Virus record (IMG/VR): IMGVR_UViG_3300044233_001111
Location: 1 to 28,195 of that record
DNA from: a virus
Lineage: Duplodnaviria; Caudoviricetes
Strand: one strand, 5' to 3'
DNA length: 28,195 nucleotides
In this document: positions 17,901 to 26,637 of the stretch, piece after piece
How positions within the stretch are numbered: the stretch's first letter is position 1
Layout: the number at the start of each line of letters is the position of its first letter
Notes under the pieces: generated by a model
Seen by the model: only the letters and a program-made list of their open reading frames with translations
Told to the model about the DNA's origin: nothing
Databases searched by the model: none
Position numbers and translations under genes: made by a program

Positions 17901-20900
17901 TTACACTGCCAGTAGAGTTGACCCAGATGAGCCAGAACCAACTGGTGTATTTGAGTTAAGAGATTGTTTTGATTTTAGACCGGCTGTTGAAGATATTGCT
18001 GGAGCATCTACAAATCTTGCAACCATAGATCAAATCACTGGAAGCTCTTTTGATTTTTTCCACAGACAGTTTGATGGAACTGGTGCATCAACAGTTGATA
18101 CACCAAAGCCTGCTAGTAATCTACAAGCAGACTTTGAGTTTTTTCTTGGAAAAATAGTGAGTTTATTCTTACAAAAAAATGCCTCGTTTAGACTTGTAGA
18201 GGGTATATCTGCTGAAAATCCAACATTACCAAAAGATGTGGATGGTGCGTTAAAACTTGCAACATTCAATTTGCCACCATTTACCTTTCAACCAAAAGAT
18301 GTAGGTATACAAAGATTTAAAACTCAAAGATTTACCATGAGAGATATTGGTAGGTTAAAAGATAGACTTGAAAAAGTTGAGTCTTTAACTGCACTTTCCT
18401 TATTGGAAAGAGATGCAGAGTCTTTTGAAATACAAGATGCAAATGGACTCAATCGTTTTAAGTCAGGTTTTGTTGTGGATAACTTCAAGGGACACAGAGT
18501 TGGGGATGCGGTAAATAAAGATTATAATGTTGCAATGGATCAAGAGAAAAATGAAATGCGTCCTAAATGTGTTTTAAGAAATGCAAAGTTGATTGAATCA
18601 GTTTCCACGGATGCAGAGAGATCTGCTGCTGGTTATAGAAAAACTGGAGATTTATTAACACTTAATTATACTGATGTAGAACTTGTAAATCAACCATATG
18701 CAACTAGAATAGAAAATCTTTTCCCATACCTTGCTGCTAACTGGGTTGGTCTAATTAAACTTACTCCAGCTGGAGATGAATGGTTTGAAACAGAAATTGC
18801 TCCAGAGTTAATTATTAATGTTGAGGGTAACTATGATACTGTCCTTGCAGAAAATAGAAACTCCATAGGAACAGTTTGGAACTCATGGGAGACTCAATGG
18901 AGTGGAGTTGTATCAACCTCAAACAGTATCTTTAACCGTACCAGAGAGGTTGTCCGAAGAACTGTTCAAACAGTTAGAACAGATTTGACTAGAACTGGCT
19001 TACAGACAGATGTCGTTGAGGATATTGTTGAAGAATCTCAAGGTTTTAAAATTATATCAAGGGCTCTTATACCTTTCATAAGACCAAGGGTAATTAGTTT
19101 TGAGGGAGAAGCTTTCCTACCTAATACAAGAGTTTATGTATTCTTTGACAAACAAGATGTTAATGCTTTTGTAACCCCTCTCTCAAGTGATTATACAAGT
19201 GATACTACAATTGTTGCTGGTAGTCCTTTGATAACCACTGCTGCTGGTAAAGTAGAGGGGACTTTTGAAATACCAGAGTATAGATTTCCAGGCACTACAC
19301 AAAATCCTAAATTTAAGACTGGTGAAACAGAGTTTAGAATTACCTCAAGCTCAACAGATGAAAGAGCTGGTAAGGGTAGTGCTACAAAAGAACCTTTGAC
19401 TGCTGCAAGTACAACTTACCATGCAGTTGGTATTCTTGAAACAGAACAAGAAACTATTATCGCAACTAGAAATGCTCAAGTTGTTCAGACAAGAGTTTCT
19501 CAATCAACAAGTCAAACTTCTACTACTTCATCAGAAAGAGTTTTATTTAGTAATGATGATACAGACGATGATAGCGGGAATGATCCTTTAGCACAAACTT
19601 TTCTTATTGAAGAAGATGGTGGATGTTTCATAACTAAGATTGATTTATTTTATCAACTAAAAGATAATGTTTTACCAACATGGGTGGAGATAAGAAATGT
19701 CATAAACGGATATCCTGGCCCTAAAGTATTACCTTTTGGTAGAAAATTATTGTCTGCCTCTGAGATCAACTTATCTGACGATGGAACTGTTCCAACCACG
19801 TTTATATTTGACTCTCCAGTGTATGTGCAAAATGGTAATGAATACTGCTTTGTGTTGAGAACCACGAGTAATAATTATAGAGCATGGATTTCTCAATTGG
19901 GTGAGTTTGATGTATCTGGATCAAATAGAGTCGTTTCAGAACAACCTCATCTGGGAACATTATTTAAATCGCAAAATAACAGAACATGGACACCTGTCCA
20001 AGCAGAAGATATGAAATTCAAAATACATAGAGCAGATTTCTCTCCAACAACAGGGACGATAACTTTAGTCAATGACAATATTGGAGAGGCATTCACTGCT
20101 GAGGATGGAACTACAACTGTTTATGGTCGTAGACTTCAAGGAAATCCATTGACGTTGACTAATAGTTCTACTGCGATGAGAGTAAAACATTTTGATCATG
20201 GTATGTATTCTACATCTAATAATGTGAAAATTACTGGTGCAAAATCTGGTATAGAGACAACACTCAATGGTGCGATAACTGCAACTGCAACATCGTTAAC
20301 ACTCACATCTAATACTGGATTTGCCGCAAGTAATGACTCCTCTCGTTGTTATGTTAAGATTGATAACGAGATTATGTTTGGTACGTTATCTGGTAGTAAT
20401 ATTAATAGTTTGTCAAGAGGACAAGATAACACAACCGCAGCTGCACACTCTAATGGTGCAACGGTTGAACTATATCAAATACTGGGAACACCTCTAACAG
20501 AGATTAATAAAACACACACTGCAATTTCTGCTATTGATATGAACTCTTATGCAATTACTTTATCAACTGCACCAACCATTTCTGGTGCATCAACAACTGC
20601 TGAAGTCGGTAGGTCAACGGTGTATGCATCTGAGAACTATAGACTTGAAACATTGAGAACACAAATATCTGCTCTGGAAACATCAAGAACAGGAATTGAT
20701 GCAACAATAAAAACAACAAGTGGAACAAGTCCTAGTGGATCAGAGACATCCTTTACAACTGCCACTAAGGCAAGGGGGATACCACTAAACGAAAACTTTG
20801 ATTTGGATACGAGTAGAATTATTGCGTCAAATGTTAATGAGACAAATGAACTTTCTGGTGCAAAGTCCTTGTTTATAGATTTAAATTTACAGACTAGTAG

Positions 20901-21414
20901 ATCAAATGTTTCTCCAGTTATTGATCTTGATAGGTGTTCGATAAATGCGATTGGTAATGTGGTTAATAATATTGATTCTGCATCAGATGTAAATGAAGCT
21001 TTCTTTGCATCAACAGAGCCAGAGGGTGATAACAATGCTGCAGTTTATATTACTAAAAAGATTGCACTTGAAAATCCTGCTACTGCGTTGAAAGTTTTCT
21101 TTGCTGGTAATAAAATTGGAACGTCAGATATTAAAGTATTATTTAAAATACTACGTTCTGACTCTGCTGAGGACTTTGATGAACTGGGATATGAATTTTT
21201 CAACACCACTGGTTTACCAGATCAAACTGTTGCGGCCTCTTTGACCAGAAATGATTTCCAAGAGTATCTTTACACTGCTGGTGTAACAGATGATGGTATT
21301 GGAGAGTCGTTACCAGAGTTCATTGCATTTTCAATTAAGATCGTGTTACAGGCAAGTAATGCTGCCCAACCACCAAGAATTAAGGACTTGCGAGCAATCG
21401 CATTGGCAACGTAA
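14986..21414 (+). CDS. Large virion structural protein, VrlC-like/DUF4815 family
   Basis: LNVSPYYDDF....NF.KVLFRPG.AVQARELT.LQSIL, ARRT.DESGDY.V.PF, R.TMRDIG.L..R...VE..T.LSLLE, RFKSGF.VDNF, DPLAQTF and a P.IKDLRAIALA C-terminus; typical position after gp8 in marine T4-likes. Confidence 0.85.
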   Translation: MAQLTDLNVSPYYDDFNKNDNFQKVLFRPGFAVQARELTTLQSILTDQIESHGKFVFKEGSQVIPGQASFSESYFSLQLASTFAGEDVILNQFFNETSPVTITGSTSGVKAQVVGFKAGTSTTQPILYYQYIQSGNDNATVEFSESENITADTTITHTTSYAAGVACATTHSSNASQTGCAVIVEEGIYFIRGQFVRNSKQTVVLSDNDQTVSARVGFQIVEEIITPEGDASLTDNAAGTTNFAAKGAHRLKTTLTLISKDENSTEDTDFVEIMRVRNGRQTTPARSTEFSVLGEEIARRTFDESGDYTVRPFQFELRESVDNDFKGRTNKGVFQGKTVTDDGKTPDESLLALRVSPGKAFVRGFELEKIAPTDLDLSKAREFDTVNASIATFELGNFVKVDNLYGTPDISQISGESTAYKTVGLFDSDTKTRGAAAGNQIGVARARALEFDSGTAGQQDAQYKLFLFDVRMFTTLTISGIPSPTLTATHTNGGVQIKGATSGATGLVFGSLTSGTTITLTNVIGSFTTGEKLIASDSALTGGLIEITGGDGSTDITIGSATTSIRAERFADVRQVFMDDVDSGQDFTADVVPEPTGETGQLILDGTNATNADAGDNIIFEEGTINAGTVSGAFDVLGLEDIRVARLKSPEKNVALFKFPKNTIKTLLTETNNGVSDTQFTVRRQFIGTTNSSGVVTFTAGSNETFNAFADADYTLSILTAGGGTGVQGDIVDLDGKLSGTGTASLTITDNTILGNAAKVKVTATILRTSVQSKTKTTQLSKQLKVLATDADGAFGTRATDKEISLGRADVFRLQAVFDSEDTSSDATTPQFTISNLVGTFQRGEKITGGSSGAVARIISTTSPITYVLTGADGSTDFTASETITGAASGATATVGTLTAGSKVITSNFVLDTGQRDNFYDIARIVRKPGVAEPRGRLLVVYDFFTHGSGDAFTVDSYTASAGQMEYDDIPIYTASRVDPDEPEPTGVFELRDCFDFRPAVEDIAGASTNLATIDQITGSSFDFFHRQFDGTGASTVDTPKPASNLQADFEFFLGKIVSLFLQKNASFRLVEGISAENPTLPKDVDGALKLATFNLPPFTFQPKDVGIQRFKTQRFTMRDIGRLKDRLEKVESLTALSLLERDAESFEIQDANGLNRFKSGFVVDNFKGHRVGDAVNKDYNVAMDQEKNEMRPKCVLRNAKLIESVSTDAERSAAGYRKTGDLLTLNYTDVELVNQPYATRIENLFPYLAANWVGLIKLTPAGDEWFETEIAPELIINVEGNYDTVLAENRNSIGTVWNSWETQWSGVVSTSNSIFNRTREVVRRTVQTVRTDLTRTGLQTDVVEDIVEESQGFKIISRALIPFIRPRVISFEGEAFLPNTRVYVFFDKQDVNAFVTPLSSDYTSDTTIVAGSPLITTAAGKVEGTFEIPEYRFPGTTQNPKFKTGETEFRITSSSTDERAGKGSATKEPLTAASTTYHAVGILETEQETIIATRNAQVVQTRVSQSTSQTSTTSSERVLFSNDDTDDDSGNDPLAQTFLIEEDGGCFITKIDLFYQLKDNVLPTWVEIRNVINGYPGPKVLPFGRKLLSASEINLSDDGTVPTTFIFDSPVYVQNGNEYCFVLRTTSNNYRAWISQLGEFDVSGSNRVVSEQPHLGTLFKSQNNRTWTPVQAEDMKFKIHRADFSPTTGTITLVNDNIGEAFTAEDGTTTVYGRRLQGNPLTLTNSSTAMRVKHFDHGMYSTSNNVKITGAKSGIETTLNGAITATATSLTLTSNTGFAASNDSSRCYVKIDNEIMFGTLSGSNINSLSRGQDNTTAAAHSNGATVELYQILGTPLTEINKTHTAISAIDMNSYAITLSTAPTISGASTTAEVGRSTVYASENYRLETLRTQISALETSRTGIDATIKTTSGTSPSGSETSFTTATKARGIPLNENFDLDTSRIIASNVNETNELSGAKSLFIDLNLQTSRSNVSPVIDLDRCSINAIGNVVNNIDSASDVNEAFFASTEPEGDNNAAVYITKKIALENPATALKVFFAGNKIGTSDIKVLFKILRSDSAEDFDELGYEFFNTTGLPDQTVAASLTRNDFQEYLYTAGVTDDGIGESLPEFIAFSIKIVLQASNAAQPPRIKDLRAIALAT

Positions 21415-21641
21415 TGAGTAACTTTACTAGAGTAGAAGGACACCAAGATTTAGTAAGAGATAATAAATCTGGTGCAATCATAAATCGTAATCGTAGTGCG
21501 TATGAGATTGCAAAACGAAGAGCAGCAGATGCACAGAAACAAAGAGATGAAATTAGAAGTGCAACTCGTGAGATAAATACTTTGAAATGTGAAATGCACG
21601 AAATAAAAGATATGTTAAAAACTTTACTGGATAGAAACTAA
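21414..21641 (+). CDS. Small hypothetical coiled-coil protein
   Basis: VEGH.DLVRD..SGAIIN followed by a heptad-like helix; coupled by TAATG on both sides. Confidence 0.8.
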   Translation: MSNFTRVEGHQDLVRDNKSGAIINRNRSAYEIAKRRAADAQKQRDEIRSATREINTLKCEMHEIKDMLKTLLDRN

Positions 21642-22564
21642 TGGCAATTACAGCAGCACAGGTAACAACTAATAATAGTCTAGAACAGTTCAGACAAGAG
21701 TTCAACAATCTGCAATCAGATGTTCGTGGACTTGAGTCTGGAACAGTATCGTTTTCAACAGTTGCCACAAATCTTCAATTAATTTTTGAGGGTTCAACTG
21801 CTGATGATAATGAAACTACACTTGGTGTTATAGACCCAACAGCCGACAGAACGATAAATTTACCAAACGAAAGTGGAACTGTATTTCTTTCGGATTCAAC
21901 AAACAATGCTGTTATCACTGGTAAAACAACAATCACCTCTGGTGATGTCACACCAGCAAATGATGAGTTACTACTTAGTGATGCAGATGCAGGCGTTCTT
22001 AAAAGAGTTACAGTAAACAATCTAATCAGTTCTGCTGGTGGACTAACAGCTGTATCAGCAGATTCGACTCCTCAACTTGGAGGCGATTTAGATGTGAACG
22101 GAAACGATATTGTTTCAACATCAAATGGAAACATTGACCTTTTACCAAACGGATCTGGTAAAGTTATCATGGACGGAAATGGTAGCACAGGTGGTGTTCT
22201 TATTTCTGATGGTAGTGTTGAAATCAGATCTGGAACAGGTAGTGTTTCAGAGATTAAGTTTTATTGTGAAGTAAACAACGCACACGCACAAACATTAAAA
22301 GCACAACCACACTCTGCTGGTAGTAGTGCAGTTTTAACATTACCAGTGAATACTGGGACATTGATTGGTTCTGGTGACACAGGGACTTTACCACTTACAG
22401 CTATTGATATAGATGGTGGTACAGATATTAGTGCTGCCCTGTCTACCACTGATTTAATAATCGTTGATGATGGTGCTGGTGGGACAAACAGAAAGGCTGC
22501 ACTATCAAGAGTAGTGACATTGACTGACGATTCGGCAACTGCACTTGCGATTGCTCTAGGATAA
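21641..22564 (+). CDS. Tail-fibre-like structural protein
   Basis: N-terminal helix (LEQFRQEFNNL), fibre-type motifs LIFEG.TADD.ETTL...DPTADRTI.LP..SGT and D.TPQLGGDLDVNG, and a hydrophobic ALAIALG C-terminus. Confidence 0.7.
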   Translation: MAITAAQVTTNNSLEQFRQEFNNLQSDVRGLESGTVSFSTVATNLQLIFEGSTADDNETTLGVIDPTADRTINLPNESGTVFLSDSTNNAVITGKTTITSGDVTPANDELLLSDADAGVLKRVTVNNLISSAGGLTAVSADSTPQLGGDLDVNGNDIVSTSNGNIDLLPNGSGKVIMDGNGSTGGVLISDGSVEIRSGTGSVSEIKFYCEVNNAHAQTLKAQPHSAGSSAVLTLPVNTGTLIGSGDTGTLPLTAIDIDGGTDISAALSTTDLIIVDDGAGGTNRKAALSRVVTLTDDSATALAIALG

Positions 22565-22567
22565 ATA
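22560..22567 (+). promoter_or_regulatory. Possible variant late promoter GATAAATA
   Basis: One mismatch to TATAAATA, overlapping the upstream stop codon, 20 nt before ATG 22588. Confidence 0.35.
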
Positions 22568-22587
22568 TATAAAAAGGAAAGAGAAAA

Positions 22588-22935
22588 ATGGCAAATACAT
22601 TTAAATTAATAACAAAGGCAGGTGTCACAACAGCAGATGTCATTTACACTGTGGCAGGTTCTACAACTACAGTTATTCTAGGGATTATGCTTGGTAACAC
22701 AACAACAAGTCAAGTTACATCAACAGTTACGATAGAGTCAAACACAGGTAGTAGGTCTGGTAATAACGATGAGTCAAATCAAAATGTGGAGTTGGTAACT
22801 AATGCACCCATACCAGCTGGTGCATCACTTGAATTGTTGGCTGGTAACAAAGTTATCATGGAGACAACTGATGTATTAAAACTAACAGCATCTGGGGCAA
22901 CGGATATAGCACTATCAATCATGGAGATAACATAA
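22588..22935 (+). CDS. Small beta-rich hypothetical protein, probably fibre-associated
   Basis: 115-aa ORF (MANTFK...YTV...TT.ILG...N; IPAGASLEL..GNK.IME.TD.LK) with an AAGGA Shine-Dalgarno, in the fibre region. Confidence 0.75.
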   Translation: MANTFKLITKAGVTTADVIYTVAGSTTTVILGIMLGNTTTSQVTSTVTIESNTGSRSGNNDESNQNVELVTNAPIPAGASLELLAGNKVIMETTDVLKLTASGATDIALSIMEIT

Positions 22936-22936
22936 T

Positions 22937-23995
22937 ATGCCTTATATAGGTACAGCTGCTCAAGGGACTTTTGGTACTGGTACAAAAGACAGATTTAGTG
23001 GAAACAATTCCTCTACGTCTTTTACCATGTCTAGAAGTGTGGGTAACGCAAATGATATAGATGTGTTTGTGGAAAATGTTCGTCAAGAACCAACCATTGC
23101 TTACAGTGTATCTGGAACTACTCTTAGTTTTACTGGAACGCCTGCAACTGGTTCTAATAATATCTATGTGGTTCATAAAGCTGCATCTGTCAATGTAGTT
23201 CCACCATCAGGCAGATCCACCGACAATGTTGCAGATTTGCAAGTCACCTCAAGTCTAAGTGGTGAGGATATTTCTGGTACACTTAACAGACCAATAGGAC
23301 TTAACGCAACAGATGGTTCTGCGACTGATGCTGGTGATAGGATTATTCTAAATGGAACTGACAATGGTTCTTCAAACGCAGATGATAGTTTACTTTACGA
23401 AGAAGCAACAGACGATGTTGGTCTGGTAACTGGAACAGCAGTAGACATATTTACCTTTGATGGTAACGCAAAGGTAGAGGGAACTATGAGAGCATCAGCA
23501 ACTGGTGCGATAAAGGTTGAAGGTAACACTGACGATGGTATTCTTATATTAGATGCAAGTGCATCTGGAGTTGACGTTGGAAGTGCGATAGTCTTTGAAG
23601 AGGGAACTGATGATGGTGCTATGGCCTTGTCTGGTGTCACTAGATTATCTAATCTTGAATCTGTGGAAAGAGGTGTTACTGCAAAGACAGAAATCAGTGA
23701 TGGTGGTTCATCTAAGATTCTAGACTTCAACGCAAACCAAAATTTTATAATCAACATGAACGCAAGTTTGACACTAGGACAACCAGTAACAGGTCAAGTT
23801 GGACAAACTGGTTTCATCGTATTTAAACAAGATGCCTCTGGAAGTAGAACACTCACACTCAACTCTGCTTTCAAAAATCCAGGCGGAACTGCACCAACTC
23901 TGACAACGACTGCAAATGGAATTGATGTCATAGGATACATCATATCGTCACCGAATGAGATATTGTTAAGTACGGCACAACTTGCGTTTGCATAA
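22937..23995 (+). CDS. Tail-fibre/adaptor-like protein, 'MPYIG' paralogue 1
   Basis: 352-aa ORF with an N-terminal beta domain, central acidic repeats, and a C-terminal QD..GSRT...GGTAPTLTT domain shared with 26638..27675. Confidence 0.7.
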   Translation: MPYIGTAAQGTFGTGTKDRFSGNNSSTSFTMSRSVGNANDIDVFVENVRQEPTIAYSVSGTTLSFTGTPATGSNNIYVVHKAASVNVVPPSGRSTDNVADLQVTSSLSGEDISGTLNRPIGLNATDGSATDAGDRIILNGTDNGSSNADDSLLYEEATDDVGLVTGTAVDIFTFDGNAKVEGTMRASATGAIKVEGNTDDGILILDASASGVDVGSAIVFEEGTDDGAMALSGVTRLSNLESVERGVTAKTEISDGGSSKILDFNANQNFIINMNASLTLGQPVTGQVGQTGFIVFKQDASGSRTLTLNSAFKNPGGTAPTLTTTANGIDVIGYIISSPNEILLSTAQLAFA

Positions 23996-24008
23996 GGAGT
24001 CATAAATT

Positions 24009-26606
24009 ATGTCAGGCCCATTTGGTTCAACTCCACACAATCTTTTTAATACCACTGCATCAGATTTTTATAATGGTGTGATCAACCAGTCTTTGCGTTT
24101 TGAAGAGGGAGGTACGCACTATCTAGACTTTACTCCAGCACAAGATGGCACAGACAATAAAAGATATACTATTTCTGTATGGCTTAAACTTGCTCAAGAA
24201 AGTTCAGATTTTCGCACTGTATTTTCATCAAAAAATGCTGGTTCTGGAACTGGTCAAGGTCACAATACATATGCCTTTGGTACAGATGATCAGTTTGAAA
24301 CATACACAGAGAATGGTGCTAATAATCCATACACGACAGCCCTATATCGTGATAGAGGTTCGTGGTATAATTTTGTGATTGCGTATGACACAACTCAATC
24401 TACTGCTTCGGATAGGATAAAAATTTATGTGAATGGATCACGAGATACAACTCTTGGTGGATCATCTTTTCCTGGCGAAAATAGTGTAATGTCCTCTGTG
24501 AACACAAATGGTCGGTCACAGCAAATAGGTAAGTATGTGCCAGGCTATACTAGGTATTTTAATGGATACATGGCTGATTTTCACATGATTGATGGTCAAG
24601 CACTAGATGCAAGTTATTTTGGCGAGACGAAAAATGGGATATGGATACCTATAGCGTATGCAGATAATGGAGTAACCAGCCATGGTATTAATGGATATCA
24701 TCTAACATTTCAAGGAACTGGCACCTCAACTACTTCTCAAGGCACCACTGCACAAACAAACATTGGAGATGATCAGTCAGGCAATGGTAATAACTTTGCT
24801 GTGTACAATCTTGCAGCAGGAGATATCGTCCCTGACACGCCAGAGGGAAATTTTGCCACCGCCAACAACCTTGCTGTCAATACATCAAGCCCGTGGACAA
24901 CAAGTGAGGGCAATCTAAAAATTCTTTCAAGCAGTAATAATAAAAATATCAGAGGCAGTTTTTTGATGCAATCTGGTAAATGGTATTGGGAAACAAGGAG
25001 ACACAACGCAAATAATGGAAGCGGACAACTCTCTGATGGAGTAGGTATATCATTAGCAAGTGGTAACATAGAGGACAACCCATATCAAAGCGCAACTAAT
25101 TGGTCATACTATTCTTTCAATGGAAATAAATATAATAACAATTCAAGTTCAAGTTACGGAGATTCATGGAATACAGCGGGAGACATAATTGGTGTTGCAT
25201 TTGATGCTGACAATGGTGCGATTTGGTTTAGTAAAAACGGCACTTGGCAAAATAGCGCAACAGCATCAGAAATAGCTGCTGGCACAACAACCAACGCCGC
25301 ATATACTGGACTAACAGATTCAGAGGGATATGTCTGCAATTGGTGGCGTACAGGTGGCACTAATGCAGAAGAGCTAGACTTAAATTTTGGTCAGAACCCA
25401 TCATTTAATGCAGAGTTAACTGGTGGTGATGTTGGTACTGAATCTGGTGATGGTAACGCACTTTTCAAATATGCACCCCCAACTGGGTTCAAAGCGTTAA
25501 CAACATCTAATATGCCAGATATAACAATCGGCCCGAACAGCACGGAACAGGCTGACGATAATTTTAACACGGTGCTGTATACTGGCGACGGCACGACTAG
25601 TCGCTCAATAACTGGTGTCGGTTTCACCCCCGACTGGATTTGGGGCAAATCTCGCAGCAATGCAGAAGATCATTTTCTGCATGATACAGTGCGAGGTGCG
25701 GGTAAAAAATTAGAGTCAAATAATACTGGTGCAGAAGATACAACTGCAACGGCTGTTATTAGCGCATTTGAGAGTGATGGATTTACTGGCCCGGCATCTA
25801 CGCCAGGTAATATTAATGTCAACACTAGGACATATGTAACGTGGAACTGGAAAGCTGGTGGCAGCGCATCAAGTAACTCCGATGGCAGCAACATCACGTC
25901 AAGCGTATCAGCTAATACTGCCGCTGGATTTAGCATAGTTGCTTATACTGGAACGGGCACTGGTTCACATACGGCTGGGCATGGATTAACTCAAAAACCA
26001 GATTTAGTAATTGTTAAAAACAGAGATGCAGATTCATCACCTAACTATTGGCACGTTAATCACAAAGATTTAACTGCATCTGACTATAATATTTTTCTAA
26101 ATCTTACTAGCGCAGAATCTGATGTGAACACAAACTACGCTGAAGGTGGCATTGGTTTGGGTGATGCAAATGTAATTGACTTTGTAGCTGGTTATAGTGG
26201 AGCAAACAATGTTGCAAACTGTAACAAAAGTGGAAGTGATTACATAGCCTACTGTTTCCACAGTGTTGAGGGCTACTCAAAGTTTGGGCTTTACAAAGGC
26301 AACGCCAATGCTAATGGAGCTTTTGTTTACACAGGGTTTAGGCCAGCTTGGATTATGACCAAAAGGACTGACACCACATCAAACTGGCTTATCATTGATG
26401 TAAAACGTGACATTGATAATGTGGCACATAATCGTTTAATACCTAATTTGTCTAATACTGAAGCAACAAGCGTTGCCGCTACAATGGATATTTTAAGCAA
26501 TGGCTTTAAACGCAGAGATACAAATGTAGATGTAAATGCATCAGGCGGAACCTACATCTACCTCGCCTTTGCCGAACAGCCGTTTAAATTTTCTAATAGT
26601 CGATAA
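24009..26606 (+). CDS. Putative receptor-binding protein with a ConA/LamG-like domain, a SPRY-like domain and three C-terminal repeats
   Basis: YTISVWLK...WYNFVIAYD...KIYVNG...IG...YFNGYMADF..IDG (LamG-like); SGKWYWE...GDIIGVAFDADNG.IWF.KNG.W (SPRY-like); three Y.G.G...G..P.....K.R repeats. AAGGAG Shine-Dalgarno. Confidence 0.75.
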   Translation: MSGPFGSTPHNLFNTTASDFYNGVINQSLRFEEGGTHYLDFTPAQDGTDNKRYTISVWLKLAQESSDFRTVFSSKNAGSGTGQGHNTYAFGTDDQFETYTENGANNPYTTALYRDRGSWYNFVIAYDTTQSTASDRIKIYVNGSRDTTLGGSSFPGENSVMSSVNTNGRSQQIGKYVPGYTRYFNGYMADFHMIDGQALDASYFGETKNGIWIPIAYADNGVTSHGINGYHLTFQGTGTSTTSQGTTAQTNIGDDQSGNGNNFAVYNLAAGDIVPDTPEGNFATANNLAVNTSSPWTTSEGNLKILSSSNNKNIRGSFLMQSGKWYWETRRHNANNGSGQLSDGVGISLASGNIEDNPYQSATNWSYYSFNGNKYNNNSSSSYGDSWNTAGDIIGVAFDADNGAIWFSKNGTWQNSATASEIAAGTTTNAAYTGLTDSEGYVCNWWRTGGTNAEELDLNFGQNPSFNAELTGGDVGTESGDGNALFKYAPPTGFKALTTSNMPDITIGPNSTEQADDNFNTVLYTGDGTTSRSITGVGFTPDWIWGKSRSNAEDHFLHDTVRGAGKKLESNNTGAEDTTATAVISAFESDGFTGPASTPGNINVNTRTYVTWNWKAGGSASSNSDGSNITSSVSANTAAGFSIVAYTGTGTGSHTAGHGLTQKPDLVIVKNRDADSSPNYWHVNHKDLTASDYNIFLNLTSAESDVNTNYAEGGIGLGDANVIDFVAGYSGANNVANCNKSGSDYIAYCFHSVEGYSKFGLYKGNANANGAFVYTGFRPAWIMTKRTDTTSNWLIIDVKRDIDNVAHNRLIPNLSNTEATSVAATMDILSNGFKRRDTNVDVNASGGTYIYLAFAEQPFKFSNSR

Positions 26607-26611
26607 GATAT

Positions 26612-26619
26612 TATAAATA
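26612..26619 (+). promoter_or_regulatory. T4-type late promoter TATAAATA
   Basis: Exact consensus upstream of ORF 26638. Confidence 0.8.
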
Positions 26620-26637
26620 AAGTAAAAGGAAAATAAT

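Noticed and set aside
8665-21414. Intein, intron or homing endonuclease causing the large gene sizes
   Set aside because: No splice-junction, LAGLIDADG, HNH or GIY-YIG motifs were recognised. The ORFs are uninterrupted and the extra length is explained by structural repeats.
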